The notes beneath the pieces are model-generated. The model was not told the DNA's origin and made no database searches. It saw nothing but the letters and a program-made list of their open reading frames with translations. DNA of 64,000 nucleotides from Candidatus Obscuribacteraceae bacterium (GTDB taxonomy: Bacteria > Cyanobacteriota > Vampirovibrionia > Obscuribacterales > Obscuribacteraceae), in NCBI GenBank assembly GCA_044226015.1, contig JBGAHS010000011.1, positions 64,001 through 128,000 on the forward strand, given 5' to 3'. A program made the position numbers and the translations under genes. Below, piece after piece: positions 27,937 through 38,254 of this stretch. Within the stretch, counting starts at the first letter, position 1. The number at the start of each line of letters is the position of its first letter.

Positions 27937-29469
27937 ATGGCTAAGAGTGAAGCCAAAGGTGGCAAGAAAGCCACACCCGTAGATCTCGCGAATCGAGGGG
28001 AAAATCCGGACAATCAGCATGCTGATGGTGGAAATGGACATGAACACAGTCACGACCATCATGATGGTTGTAGTCACGGTGACTTGGTGACTGATTCAAA
28101 AACTCGCGAGGATTCACTCCGCAAGCTTGAATCCGACTTGAGCAAACGCGAGATCGGACTGATTGAGCGCGAAATCAAAGTATTGAGTTTACAGCAAGAG
28201 ATCGACCGCCTTCGTCCACTTTCTGGACTCTACCGCGTGGTCAAAGCAATGGCAACTGAGCGCAAGCTAGAGTCAATGCTTGAAGTTATTACCAGAGAAA
28301 CAGCGAGCATGCTACGCTGTGACAGATGTAGCGTTTTTGTGCTCGACTCACACCATGGTGAGTTGTGGACACAAGTAGCACAAGGGCTGGATGGTCACCG
28401 AACAATCAGAGTACCTCTTTCTGGAACTAGCGTTGTCAGTTTGTGCGCCAGAACAGGCAGAACCATCAATATCCCAGACGCTTACTCAGACCCACGTTTT
28501 GACCCTGAAGTTGATAAAACGACAGGATACAGAACCAACAATATTCTTTGTGTTCCGATGCATAACCGCAATGGTGCAGTCATCGGTGTATTCGAAGTAA
28601 TGAACAAAGATGTCGGCACATTCTCCCAAGAAGATGAAGAATGGTTGCAGGCACTGGCTGCGGTGGCAGCGGGGTTGATTGAACAAGCACAAGCATACGC
28701 TGAAATCGAACACTTCGTTGACAAAACTGTTGAAACGTTAGCTCAAACAATCGATAAACGCGACCCACTTACAGCAGGTCACTCTATAAGAGTAACCAGA
28801 TATAGTATCGGCATCGGCGACGGAATGGCCATCTCAGATGATGAGAAAGATGTGTTGCGCTACGCCGCAATGATGCACGACTACGGAAAAATTGGTGTAC
28901 CAGAAGCTATTCTATGGAAGAACGGCCGACTCACACCTGAAGAGTACGCATGCGTTCAAACGCATGCTCGCCTAACCTATGAATTACTCTCAAACTTGCC
29001 GTTTACAAATCGACTGGCACAAGTTCCGTTTATTGCTTCTTGCCACCACGAAAAATTGGACGGCACCGGTTATTACCGCAATCTCAAAGGACATGAAATA
29101 CCATTCCTGGCTCGTGTAATTACGGTCTCAGACGTTTTCGATGCACTAACCTCAGTGCGTCACTACCGTAACAGAATGAATATCGTCAAAGTTTTTGAAA
29201 TCATGGAATCTGGCCGCGACAACCACTTCGACCCAGAAGTAGTCGATGCCTTCTACGGATTGCCTTGCGACAGAGTAATGCGAGTCATGGAATCAGAACG
29301 TGGCTCACAAATTCCTGAAGAAGTAGATTTATTCAAAAACATCAGCTGGTTGCGACTGGTCGAACTTTGCCAGGGCAGCAAACCTAAGCGACACGAAGAA
29401 GGTTTGAAAGAACTGTTCTCACGAATTTACAACGCTAATCTGCCTCCAGACTATCAGGAGCTAGACTAA
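27937..29469 (+). CDS. GAF + HD-GYP phosphodiesterase with a His-rich N-terminus
   Basis: GAF domain with the NKxxxxFxxxDE motif; TAGHS, HDYGKIG, HHEKLDGTGY, DVFDALTS. Confidence 0.9.
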   Translation: MAKSEAKGGKKATPVDLANRGENPDNQHADGGNGHEHSHDHHDGCSHGDLVTDSKTREDSLRKLESDLSKREIGLIEREIKVLSLQQEIDRLRPLSGLYRVVKAMATERKLESMLEVITRETASMLRCDRCSVFVLDSHHGELWTQVAQGLDGHRTIRVPLSGTSVVSLCARTGRTINIPDAYSDPRFDPEVDKTTGYRTNNILCVPMHNRNGAVIGVFEVMNKDVGTFSQEDEEWLQALAAVAAGLIEQAQAYAEIEHFVDKTVETLAQTIDKRDPLTAGHSIRVTRYSIGIGDGMAISDDEKDVLRYAAMMHDYGKIGVPEAILWKNGRLTPEEYACVQTHARLTYELLSNLPFTNRLAQVPFIASCHHEKLDGTGYYRNLKGHEIPFLARVITVSDVFDALTSVRHYRNRMNIVKVFEIMESGRDNHFDPEVVDAFYGLPCDRVMRVMESERGSQIPEEVDLFKNISWLRLVELCQGSKPKRHEEGLKELFSRIYNANLPPDYQELD

Positions 29470-29482
29470 GTCCATAAGTTAC

Positions 29483-29513
29483 TAGCTGGCTAAAATAGCC
29501 AGCTATTTTTTTT
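29483..29513 (+). terminator. Intrinsic terminator
   Basis: TAGCTGGCTA-AAA-TAGCCAGCTA followed by T8. Confidence 0.8.
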
Positions 29514-29518
29514 GTCAA

Positions 29519-29887
29519 ATGATCAGCAAGCCAATTCTAATTGTTGAAGATGATCCAATTGTGCGCCTTACGACACAAAAACAGCTCAGCGCGCTAGGAT
29601 ACAAAACTGAAACCGTCGCAAGCGGAGAGGAAGCTGTTGAACGCAGCAGCAATTCGTTTGGACTCATTTTCATGGACATAGGCTTGCCCGGAATTGATGG
29701 CGGCCACGCGACCCTGTTGATTAGAGAAAAAGAATTGCGTGAAGGTCGACAAAGAGTACCCATAGTTGCTCTTACGGCTCATTCAGAAAGAGAACGCTGC
29801 ATTCGAGCCGGCATGGATGATTTTTTGCAAAAGCCGGCATTACTGGCAGACGTAAAATCTGTATTGCATAAATGGTATGACAGCTAA
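29519..29887 (+). CDS. Single-domain response regulator
   Basis: VEDD, FMDIGLP, LTA, KP. Confidence 0.88.
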   Translation: MISKPILIVEDDPIVRLTTQKQLSALGYKTETVASGEEAVERSSNSFGLIFMDIGLPGIDGGHATLLIREKELREGRQRVPIVALTAHSERERCIRAGMDDFLQKPALLADVKSVLHKWYDS

Positions 29888-32497
29888 CTAAAGAGCTTCT
29901 CCCTGCTTCAATAAATTTTCTACAGAATGCCTGTATGAATACTCACGGGGATCCAAAGCCTCGAACTTTGGCAAGATGTTCTTTTTCCATTCAACAACGC
30001 TTCTCTTTTCTCCTGCATAAACATAGTCGGCAAGCAATTGAATCTCAGCGGCGAGATAGGTATCAAACTGCTCTCTTTCGTTTGTATTCATCGCTTCAAT
30101 AATAGATTTATGGGCTGCGATAGCTTTGGGAAAGTTTCCTTCCAGTCGCTCTAATTGCCCTTCGTAGTTAAGAGCGATGTATTTTTCCAGGCGCTCTCGA
30201 TCATTTCTATCCAACAGCTGCGCCTGAAATCTCTGCAAAACTTCTCTAGCCTCTGCCTTCTGTCCCGCAAGCAGGTGCTTTTCAATTACATCATGGAAAA
30301 CCGCATAAGAACCAGCAAAGTCGGAATTTGAGAAGCGAGTGTCGTTCCGAGCAATGTCATAGTAAGTTAAGGCTTTTTCTAAGACTTTTGCGGCTCGTTC
30401 ACTTTGTCCCTCCATTCTGCAACGAATCCCTATTCTTTCGTCCAAGTCAGCAACGAATAACGGATTCTTTTTCTTGAGAGACTCCGTGATTAAATCAGCT
30501 GTTACTGGATCTTCAAATCCAAAATTTGCAAGCGCTTCAAAGTATATTGAATGCCCATTTCCGACAGCAATGTCCGAGAGAACCTCTTTAAGCTGCCTTC
30601 TAAACTTCTCTGATTCGTGAACCTGCGAATACAAAACGAGCCTGGTAACCTTGAAGTGATATAACGCGTCTCCTTTAATTGAACTGGAATCGATCTCATT
30701 GTCTAATATTTCGTGCGCAAGTTTCAGTTCACCAGTTTTACAACACCCATGCACGAAGCCAATCAAAAGCGGAACCACACCGCGTGCAGCAGAATGATAT
30801 TTCTTTGCCAGACGCGATGTGAGTTGAAATTCACTCAATAGGTTTAGTCTTGCGACAAGGTATACCATTCGATCAAAGGAGGTAATTTTGTCCTTGCTCT
30901 TCAAGTAGCATCGAGCAGCCTCACGAAGCGCTGAAAGCTCTCTTTCCTTGTCGCCAACGTTAGAGTAATAAATAGACAAAACAGTCAAAAATTCTCCGCA
31001 GTCTGAGTCTGTGCGGCAAGTCTTCCTAAATTCGAGACTCAGAGGCTGAACCATCGACTCTGAGCTTTTACATTCGGCAAAAGCGGAGAACAACTTCTGC
31101 ACGATAAACTGATAGGGCTCATCCTTATTGGTGAGCTTTGTTGCTTCAATGCAGGCTGAGCGGCACTGCGCCTCATCTCCAGCCCTCAGCGATAGAAATG
31201 CTTTTGCAAGATACAATCTGGTAGGAGAAACTTCTGAATCGCCCTCATTGGCTAACTGTTTATCAATAAGCGCAATCGCTGTTTTTGCGAGCTGACTATC
31301 AAAAGAGTATGACTGGTCTCCAAAAAGCGCATCAAAAAAATCGTCATTCAAGTACTTGTCGCGAACCCTTTCTTGAAACCAACTCTTAACTAGCTTTTGC
31401 CTGTTTGTCTCAGACTTTTCCTTTTGAACAACATTCGTATGAAAATCCTGAAATTTCTTTTTGAACAAACGCCCGTCTGACTTTGACTTGCCTGATTCAC
31501 CTTTTTTAACAACGGCTATTGGTGATAGTGACTTAGAAAGGATAGGAAAACTGATTGCAATCAAAATCGTAGCTATTCCTGCAATCAGCCAAACTCCACC
31601 ATATTTATGAGCGCTTTCACCCTTTCGAAGCTCGGACGCAAGTTCATTCATACTAAAGAATCGATCTTGACGTTCCTTATTCAAACATTTCAGAACAACC
31701 CTTCTCAAACCATTTCCTATCTCTGCTGGGAACTTAAGCTCGTTGCGATCTTTATTAAGATGATTGGACATGATGACCCAGTCCGAATCACTGTGCATGG
31801 GCGGAACACCAGTGCAAAGCTCGTAAAGAACGCAGCCCAGCGAATATATGTCGGAGCGCTCATCAAGGTCTTCTCCCTTGCACTGTTCAACGCTCATGTA
31901 ATTAGTTGTTCCGGGAGTAAGCTCACCCTGAGTTAATTGTTGATCGACTGGCTCAAGACTTTTAAAGATGCCAAAATCGACTAACTTGACCTTGAACTGC
32001 TTGCCACTATCTGTGGTATTAAGAACAATAACGTTGGCAGGCTTCAAATCGCGATGAATAACCTTCCGTTCGTGAGCATAAGCGAGGGCTTCGCACAATT
32101 GAATGCCAATAACTCTTATCTGCTCTTCCGTAAATTTATGCCCTGCTTGAAGCAATTCTTGCAATGTCTTTCCCTTCAAGAATTCCATCACCATGAACGA
32201 ACGCCTATCTGGCAACCTGCCGGTGCCATAAAGTTGAACGATGGAATCGTTTTCGAAGGAACCTAGAAGACGAGCTTCGGCCTCGAACCTGCGCTCACTG
32301 GTCTGGTTTCTCAATTGATCTATAGAGAGAATTTTTATCGCAACTTCTCGCTGAAGCTGAATTTGCTCGGCCTTCAACAAAACTGTGTTCTTGTTGGCGG
32401 CAATGATTTCTTTGACGGCATATCCCAAAGGGCTAAACATGCTCTGAAACGACTGGAGAGTCGGTGTTGAAGAAAACGGTTGAAACTCGTCAGTCAT
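29888..32497 (-). CDS. Membrane Ser/Thr (Hanks-type) kinase with a C-terminal TPR-like region
   Basis: VAIK, HRDLKPAN, DFG, SDIYSLG; TM segment near aa 300; helical repeats. Confidence 0.88.
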   Translation of the reverse strand: MTDEFQPFSSTPTLQSFQSMFSPLGYAVKEIIAANKNTVLLKAEQIQLQREVAIKILSIDQLRNQTSERRFEAEARLLGSFENDSIVQLYGTGRLPDRRSFMVMEFLKGKTLQELLQAGHKFTEEQIRVIGIQLCEALAYAHERKVIHRDLKPANVIVLNTTDSGKQFKVKLVDFGIFKSLEPVDQQLTQGELTPGTTNYMSVEQCKGEDLDERSDIYSLGCVLYELCTGVPPMHSDSDWVIMSNHLNKDRNELKFPAEIGNGLRRVVLKCLNKERQDRFFSMNELASELRKGESAHKYGGVWLIAGIATILIAISFPILSKSLSPIAVVKKGESGKSKSDGRLFKKKFQDFHTNVVQKEKSETNRQKLVKSWFQERVRDKYLNDDFFDALFGDQSYSFDSQLAKTAIALIDKQLANEGDSEVSPTRLYLAKAFLSLRAGDEAQCRSACIEATKLTNKDEPYQFIVQKLFSAFAECKSSESMVQPLSLEFRKTCRTDSDCGEFLTVLSIYYSNVGDKERELSALREAARCYLKSKDKITSFDRMVYLVARLNLLSEFQLTSRLAKKYHSAARGVVPLLIGFVHGCCKTGELKLAHEILDNEIDSSSIKGDALYHFKVTRLVLYSQVHESEKFRRQLKEVLSDIAVGNGHSIYFEALANFGFEDPVTADLITESLKKKNPLFVADLDERIGIRCRMEGQSERAAKVLEKALTYYDIARNDTRFSNSDFAGSYAVFHDVIEKHLLAGQKAEAREVLQRFQAQLLDRNDRERLEKYIALNYEGQLERLEGNFPKAIAAHKSIIEAMNTNEREQFDTYLAAEIQLLADYVYAGEKRSVVEWKKNILPKFEALDPREYSYRHSVENLLKQGEAL

Positions 32498-32759
32498 CTT
32501 ATACTTACTATTCTCTCAACAGTTCTAACACAAGAGCCTCAATAAGGAGACGGAATTTTCATAATTAACAAGACAAAGCCAGAAGACAGCACTTGACATT
32601 CCCGGAATTGACCATTCTTCTTGATTTTTTACTCATAGAAAACCTTGCCATATCAGCACTTGTGAGAAGATAAGCAAAATCTTCGCTTGAGATCCCTCTG
32701 AGAGGGCTAAAATAGCCTCCAGTATCGTTACAGAGCTACTTTCGTAGCAACAGGATGAA

Positions 32760-34082
32760 ATGAAAAAGACTATCTTTGCAGGACGGCTACTGAAAAACAA
32801 TATCAGCCTGGGACTTACATTGTCACTGTGCAGTTTTGCCAGCACGTGCGCTGCATTTGCAGAAGACAGATCACTCATCGAATCAGCTCTCGATGGCACC
32901 TATTTCGAGTCGAAGCCTCCAGTGAAGCCTGTGGCGACATCTCCAGCAGCTTCAGAGCAGAAGCGAGGTTCTGCTGCAACTGAGAAATCCAAACCTGTAG
33001 CGAAGAAAACAGCAGAAACTTCCCCACCAGCCCCAGCTGTGACATTGCAGCCCGTTGATGGATCGAAATCAAATGTTGTGCTGACACCACCAAAATACGT
33101 TGAACGTGAGATTCCAGCACCGAAAGATGAAGTTCTTCAATCACCAATTCACTCAAGCATCCAGGCAAACACAAAATCGATCATGCGTGTTCCGCTTGGA
33201 ACGAAATATGGAAAAACCATCCCGATTGACACTACATATCGTGGACAACCAGCAATTCCGAAAACCGAAACTGTAACAGTAGGAACTCCAAGCTGGGCAC
33301 CAGTTCAGAAGAAAAAATTAGCGAGCGCACCAGTAGCAGGTGTCACACCAGCAGTGGTGGCACCAATAACCGTACCATCAATGCCTGCTCCCGTTAATAA
33401 GACAGAAACGACATTACCAGCTCAGACTGCAAAGCCTGAGACAGAAGCGGTGGCTACTGTTAATGTGCGAATACAGACTCCTCAGCATCTGCGCTCCACC
33501 GACTCGATCTGGATCTATCCTTATCCACCCAAGCCACCTAAAGCACCCCATATATCACCTTTGTCGGAAGATCCACAGAGCTTGAAAAATCAAATTTTGC
33601 AATTCGGCTACTCAGCTCGACCTGACCTCGATAGACCCTACCCCGCTGGCGGATGGCGCTGGGTGCACGCATTTCAAACAGGTGTTAAGAAATCAGGGCA
33701 AGGTACACCTCATACAATGTTCACCATGTACCACTGGGTGGACAAAGTCTTCCCATACATTCTGGCTGAATGCCACGAGTTAAACCTACTGGAACAAGCT
33801 CGTTCGGAGCGATTTCTCCAGGTTTGTACTGATTATGAACGTGTACACACTGATATCGAAGCTCAAGCCACCACCAAAGGACTGACACCGTTTGAAGTTA
33901 AGGTCAATCAAAGAGGCATTGCCCAGATGGCTCTTCCGCCAGGCAATTGGTGGCTAGCTGCAACTCGCAAACAGCCCGGACTCCAGTTTTACTGGCAGGT
34001 GCCATTAACGAGCAACTCCAACCAGCCAATGGCAGTTCAGTTGTCTGAGTCCAATGCTCTGATAATAGGTGGCGGTTGGTAA
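32760..34082 (+). CDS. Exported hypothetical protein with a Pro/Thr-rich linker
   Basis: Signal-peptide-like N-terminus, low-complexity middle, globular C-terminus ending in GGGW. Confidence 0.7.
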   Translation: MKKTIFAGRLLKNNISLGLTLSLCSFASTCAAFAEDRSLIESALDGTYFESKPPVKPVATSPAASEQKRGSAATEKSKPVAKKTAETSPPAPAVTLQPVDGSKSNVVLTPPKYVEREIPAPKDEVLQSPIHSSIQANTKSIMRVPLGTKYGKTIPIDTTYRGQPAIPKTETVTVGTPSWAPVQKKKLASAPVAGVTPAVVAPITVPSMPAPVNKTETTLPAQTAKPETEAVATVNVRIQTPQHLRSTDSIWIYPYPPKPPKAPHISPLSEDPQSLKNQILQFGYSARPDLDRPYPAGGWRWVHAFQTGVKKSGQGTPHTMFTMYHWVDKVFPYILAECHELNLLEQARSERFLQVCTDYERVHTDIEAQATTKGLTPFEVKVNQRGIAQMALPPGNWWLAATRKQPGLQFYWQVPLTSNSNQPMAVQLSESNALIIGGGW

Positions 34083-34146
34083 TCCAGTCCTAGCAATCAG
34101 GTTGCTTATTCAGCAATTCAGCACACATAAAGAAGCAACTCGAAAC

Positions 34147-36279
34147 TCATTGACTTTTTTCGAGTTCTTTCTCTAACTTACGGTAGTAAGCCTGTGCGCT
34201 GGCATCGCCCGCTTCGCCTGCAAGGAGAAGGGCTCTTCTAACTTCGTGGATATTGGAATCATGCTCCAAAACAAGCTGCTGAAACTTCAGTGCACCTGCA
34301 AAGTCATCTTCGCCTTGACAGATTTCAGAGCATCGTTCTAAAGCCCCGAGTTTTCTTCCATCAAGGTCGAGTATTGATGAGCACTTCAAAGTAACCTTGT
34401 CCTTTGCTACTTTGACTGCAGCACCATTAATCTTCGATTTCATTTGAGAGCCACTTTCAAGATCGATTTGTATTAATACCTCTTTTAAGTCTGCGAGCTT
34501 GTCTTTTGCTTTGGTATCAATTAAGGACTTTAACTCGTACAACTCTGAGAGCCTGACCACATGTTGCTCTGAGCGTTTACAGAGTTCAATCGCAGACTCA
34601 ATTTCCTTTAAAGGCCGAGCAGCGTCAGCCTCCTCCAAATCGCTATAATCAGAAACATACAAACTACCAATAGCCAGGTGCCTTTGCAATGGAGGCAATC
34701 CTTCAGGCAACGGAGCGTTCAACTCCTTGTCATATCTAAATTCATAGATAAGAGCGTCGCGTTTTCGCTCTACTTCGCGGAAGAATTTGGAATTGCGATC
34801 TAGCGATAGAGCCGTCGACTCATCAAACTTAGCCTCGCGATTTCTGCCTAATCTTTTGAGGACATCAGCCCTCAAATAAAAGACTTCAGAGATGAATGGA
34901 TCCAATTCTATTGATCGATTGTAATCATTTAGGGCACCGTTCAGTTGACCTAACTTTGCCCTGGATATGCCTCTCATGCAATAGAGGTCGGGAAGAGTAT
35001 GCCTAGAATCACCTTTCTCCCAAAAACGTGATCGAGCTCTATATTCCCTGGCAATTCCTTCAGTAGAAAGACTGACAATTTTGGCAAATTCATTTTCATG
35101 GTATAAATACATGATTCGTTTGCTCAAGATTTTACCTCTATTTGTTGTGCCCGCCAGGTAGGCTCTTTCCAACAGAGCGATATGGCTCTTATCGTCCTGC
35201 GCAAATGTATCCAGGAAATTGTAAAAATAGCTCAACTCGGGCGTTTCCTGTCTGACTTCAATAAAAATCGATTCGGCCGATTTGCTGTCCCGAGGCTTAA
35301 GCTTCAGACCATCCTCCAGCCTATGGGCATACTTGAACATGCGTGCGACATCCCATGCTGAAATGCAGACACTTGCCGCTAATATCATCAGACAGATCGA
35401 AATGAAAACTGTTCTGACGACAGAGCGAGATTTTACAGGACCCTGAACCTGAACGTTCTCTGAACCCAACTTCTGCCTAGAGTTAGTTTCTCTCACTCGA
35501 ACTACATAGCGCCGAGTTATGATGTCAAAGAATGATTGACGTTTTTCAGTAAAAAACACAAAGCAATACAAAAACATGGTGAGCACCACACCCACCAGAG
35601 GACCAGTGATTTGAATCAATTGAGCCAAATTATTTTTGGCAAAAAGCAAACCAAACCCGAAACAGAGAATCCACCAAAGCACATATGAAATGCTGCTTTG
35701 AACGAACAATTTTGACGTGCTTCCCCAAAAAGAAAATTTTTCACCTTTTGCATTGAGAACCTTTAAACCTAATAGCTTCTTTCCTGGGGATGCTGCAATC
35801 TCAGAACTCTCAAACAGAGCGAAATACAACCATGGCGATACAGAAGCGAAGACGAAGAATATCGTTACTTCCACGGGACCTGTCATTTGACAATGCCCGG
35901 CATTAACTAAGATAGGAATAAAAAGCATCGCCTGAATAAAGTACAAAATTACAGCATCAATTAGCACTGAAGCGAATCTCTGCAGGAAATCGGCATATCC
36001 ATCTGAACTCGAAGGTAAAAGACTTGCTTGGGCTTCACTTTTTCCTTTTAGAATCGTCCCGCGTCCATCCTTCTGTGCTTGCTTTGAGGACCTGCTCTTC
36101 GCGGACGCATCTCCATGCTCAGCGGACTTTGTTTCTCCAGCAACTCTCGAACTTTCAGATTTACTTTTTTCAGGGTCGTTCAGAGGCGCGTTCTGCACTG
36201 CTTCGCCACCAATTATTTTCAATTTTTTCGTGTCTGATTCAACCTTCTGTTCAAACTTCGATGTTTTCTCTTCGCTCAT
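34147..36279 (-). CDS. RDD-family membrane protein with TPR repeats
   Basis: YADFLQRFASVLID, SPGKKLLGLKV, RQSFFD; TPR RG...GQLNGALNDYNRSIELDP; GGAGAG RBS before MSEEK. Confidence 0.8.
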   Translation of the reverse strand: MSEEKTSKFEQKVESDTKKLKIIGGEAVQNAPLNDPEKSKSESSRVAGETKSAEHGDASAKSRSSKQAQKDGRGTILKGKSEAQASLLPSSSDGYADFLQRFASVLIDAVILYFIQAMLFIPILVNAGHCQMTGPVEVTIFFVFASVSPWLYFALFESSEIAASPGKKLLGLKVLNAKGEKFSFWGSTSKLFVQSSISYVLWWILCFGFGLLFAKNNLAQLIQITGPLVGVVLTMFLYCFVFFTEKRQSFFDIITRRYVVRVRETNSRQKLGSENVQVQGPVKSRSVVRTVFISICLMILAASVCISAWDVARMFKYAHRLEDGLKLKPRDSKSAESIFIEVRQETPELSYFYNFLDTFAQDDKSHIALLERAYLAGTTNRGKILSKRIMYLYHENEFAKIVSLSTEGIAREYRARSRFWEKGDSRHTLPDLYCMRGISRAKLGQLNGALNDYNRSIELDPFISEVFYLRADVLKRLGRNREAKFDESTALSLDRNSKFFREVERKRDALIYEFRYDKELNAPLPEGLPPLQRHLAIGSLYVSDYSDLEEADAARPLKEIESAIELCKRSEQHVVRLSELYELKSLIDTKAKDKLADLKEVLIQIDLESGSQMKSKINGAAVKVAKDKVTLKCSSILDLDGRKLGALERCSEICQGEDDFAGALKFQQLVLEHDSNIHEVRRALLLAGEAGDASAQAYYRKLEKELEKSQ

Positions 36280-36494
36280 CAACTCTCCGAAAGATGTGGG
36301 TCTAAAATACGATAATCCTTGCAGGGCTAACAGCAAAACAAATTTTGTCAGTAAAAAGAATATACACTTGCAGAACAGAAATGAGCATATATTTTTGAGA
36401 AGCCATAACCATGCTCGACGCAGAGCTTTTACGATGCCTGAAAGAAAACAGGCACTGTACAAAAACAACTCATTTGAAAGTCTCGTTCAGCGGT

Positions 36495-38210
36495 TTAAAT
36501 AGCTGAAGTGCTTACTTCATGTAATGTCACTTGAATGGTCGGCTTTGAGCCGAGCTTCTGGCGAACCAGCTTACTTACAGAATCGCGAACGGATGCACGC
36601 AAAGCCAAAAGATCCTTTTCCGTATTATTGTCCAAATATTTTTGAATGCAATCTTGAATGATTGTCATCAATTCTGTTTGAGCAACAACCCACTCATTAC
36701 AGTAAGAGAATCCGAGAGCAGCTCCTTCAAAAGTTGGTGGAGCAATAAGCTTCCATTCCGCATTAAGAAGTATTCCGACATTCAGAACCCCCTCCATGGA
36801 CAAAGAACGCCTCTCGCTTACTGAGAAGGCTGTCACACTCTCCTCTTGCCCTCTGTTGTAGTACACGGCTTGAGCTTCAACGCTACCAATTACGGTGGCA
36901 ATGCCATTTCCAATTTCCAAAATCTCGCCGTTTCTCAATGGAAAGATATTTGCTTGACTCATACCAAAGTCTTGTGCAATTTGCGCATGGTGCATTATAT
37001 GACGCCCCTCACCAATCACTGGCACGAAGTATTTTGGCTTGGTCAGAGCCAACATTAGCTTAAGCTCTTCGCTACCAGCGTGATTAGAAACGTGCACACC
37101 GTCTCGAACACTTACGCGAGCGTTTACTCCCAGACTGAGCAATTTATCTAGAATCAAAGCCATCTTGCGAGACTCTCCTGGATAAATCTCGCTGGAGAAA
37201 ATAACGGTATCACCCCGCTTCAGGACCAGTTCTTTGTTTCTGCCCGATGCGAGTTCTGAGAACAGATCCATCGCATCACCATCTTCTCCGGTAGCAAGAA
37301 TCATCACCTTTGAGTCATCTAGTTTCTTAGTATCACTCAAGCCGGCTTCAATACTTCTGTCGTAAGTCAAATTACCTGTGATTGCAGCGGCAACAGCAGT
37401 TTGAATGAGAGTTTCTCCAAAGAGAACCACCCGCCTTCCAAACTTTTTGGCAAGGTCAAACAATACCTGCAAGCGCAAAGTCGGAGCACCAGGCAGTAAT
37501 ACAATAACTCGCCCTTCAGCGCTAGAGATATGCCTATTAAAACCCTTCGCCACTTTCTTCTCAGAAGGCGTATAGGAGGCGCTTTCAACACCTGCAGAGT
37601 CACTCAAAAGAAGTAAAACACCTTGATCACCGGTCTCAGCCAGCCGAGCTATGTCCATTTGCCGACCATCAATTGGAGTTTGATCTAACTTGAAACTCGA
37701 AGTATAGATTATTGAGCCTTCCGGGGTATTGATTTTGAGACCGCAAGCATCTGCAATGGCATCATTGACCTGCAACCATTCAACTTCAAAAGCACCGATC
37801 TGATACGACGTTCTGGTGTCAATGGTATCAATGGTGGTATCAGCTTTCTTCTTTTCGTTTCTAGACATCAACCGTTGTGATAGTAGGGCAGCAACAAAGC
37901 GAGGAGCCAAAATACGAGGTATCTTTATATGATCAAGCAAATAAGGAACCGCGGCGCAATGTTCTTCGTTTCCATTCGTCAACAATAAGGCAGAAATGCG
38001 TTCTTGATTTGTTTCCAAAAAACTCGTATTAGGAAGCAACAAGTCAACACCAGGAAGTGACGTACCAGGATAAGAAACACCAGCGTCAATCAGCAAAAGC
38101 TCACCAGCATAACTCAAAACCCAGAGCGCCCGTCCGATTTCACTCTGACCACCCAGGGGAAACAAGCACAAACGGTCGTACTTTAGTTCAACACCTTCAG
38201 CTACAAACAT
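36495..38210 (-). CDS. RNase J-family protein with degenerate metal-binding motifs
   Basis: PLGGQSEIG, IDAG, PGVD, FKLDQTP and HVSNHA retained; HxHxDH replaced by NGNEEH. Confidence 0.85.
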   Translation of the reverse strand: MFVAEGVELKYDRLCLFPLGGQSEIGRALWVLSYAGELLLIDAGVSYPGTSLPGVDLLLPNTSFLETNQERISALLLTNGNEEHCAAVPYLLDHIKIPRILAPRFVAALLSQRLMSRNEKKKADTTIDTIDTRTSYQIGAFEVEWLQVNDAIADACGLKINTPEGSIIYTSSFKLDQTPIDGRQMDIARLAETGDQGVLLLLSDSAGVESASYTPSEKKVAKGFNRHISSAEGRVIVLLPGAPTLRLQVLFDLAKKFGRRVVLFGETLIQTAVAAAITGNLTYDRSIEAGLSDTKKLDDSKVMILATGEDGDAMDLFSELASGRNKELVLKRGDTVIFSSEIYPGESRKMALILDKLLSLGVNARVSVRDGVHVSNHAGSEELKLMLALTKPKYFVPVIGEGRHIMHHAQIAQDFGMSQANIFPLRNGEILEIGNGIATVIGSVEAQAVYYNRGQEESVTAFSVSERRSLSMEGVLNVGILLNAEWKLIAPPTFEGAALGFSYCNEWVVAQTELMTIIQDCIQKYLDNNTEKDLLALRASVRDSVSKLVRQKLGSKPTIQVTLHEVSTSAI

Positions 38211-38254
38211 TATTTCTCCAATGCGGCGACACCAAACAAATGACCTTTATTTGA

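Noticed and set aside
36280..36468. N-terminal extension of the RDD-TPR ORF
   Set aside because: The GGAGAG RBS supports the start at 36279; the extension looks like intergenic sequence
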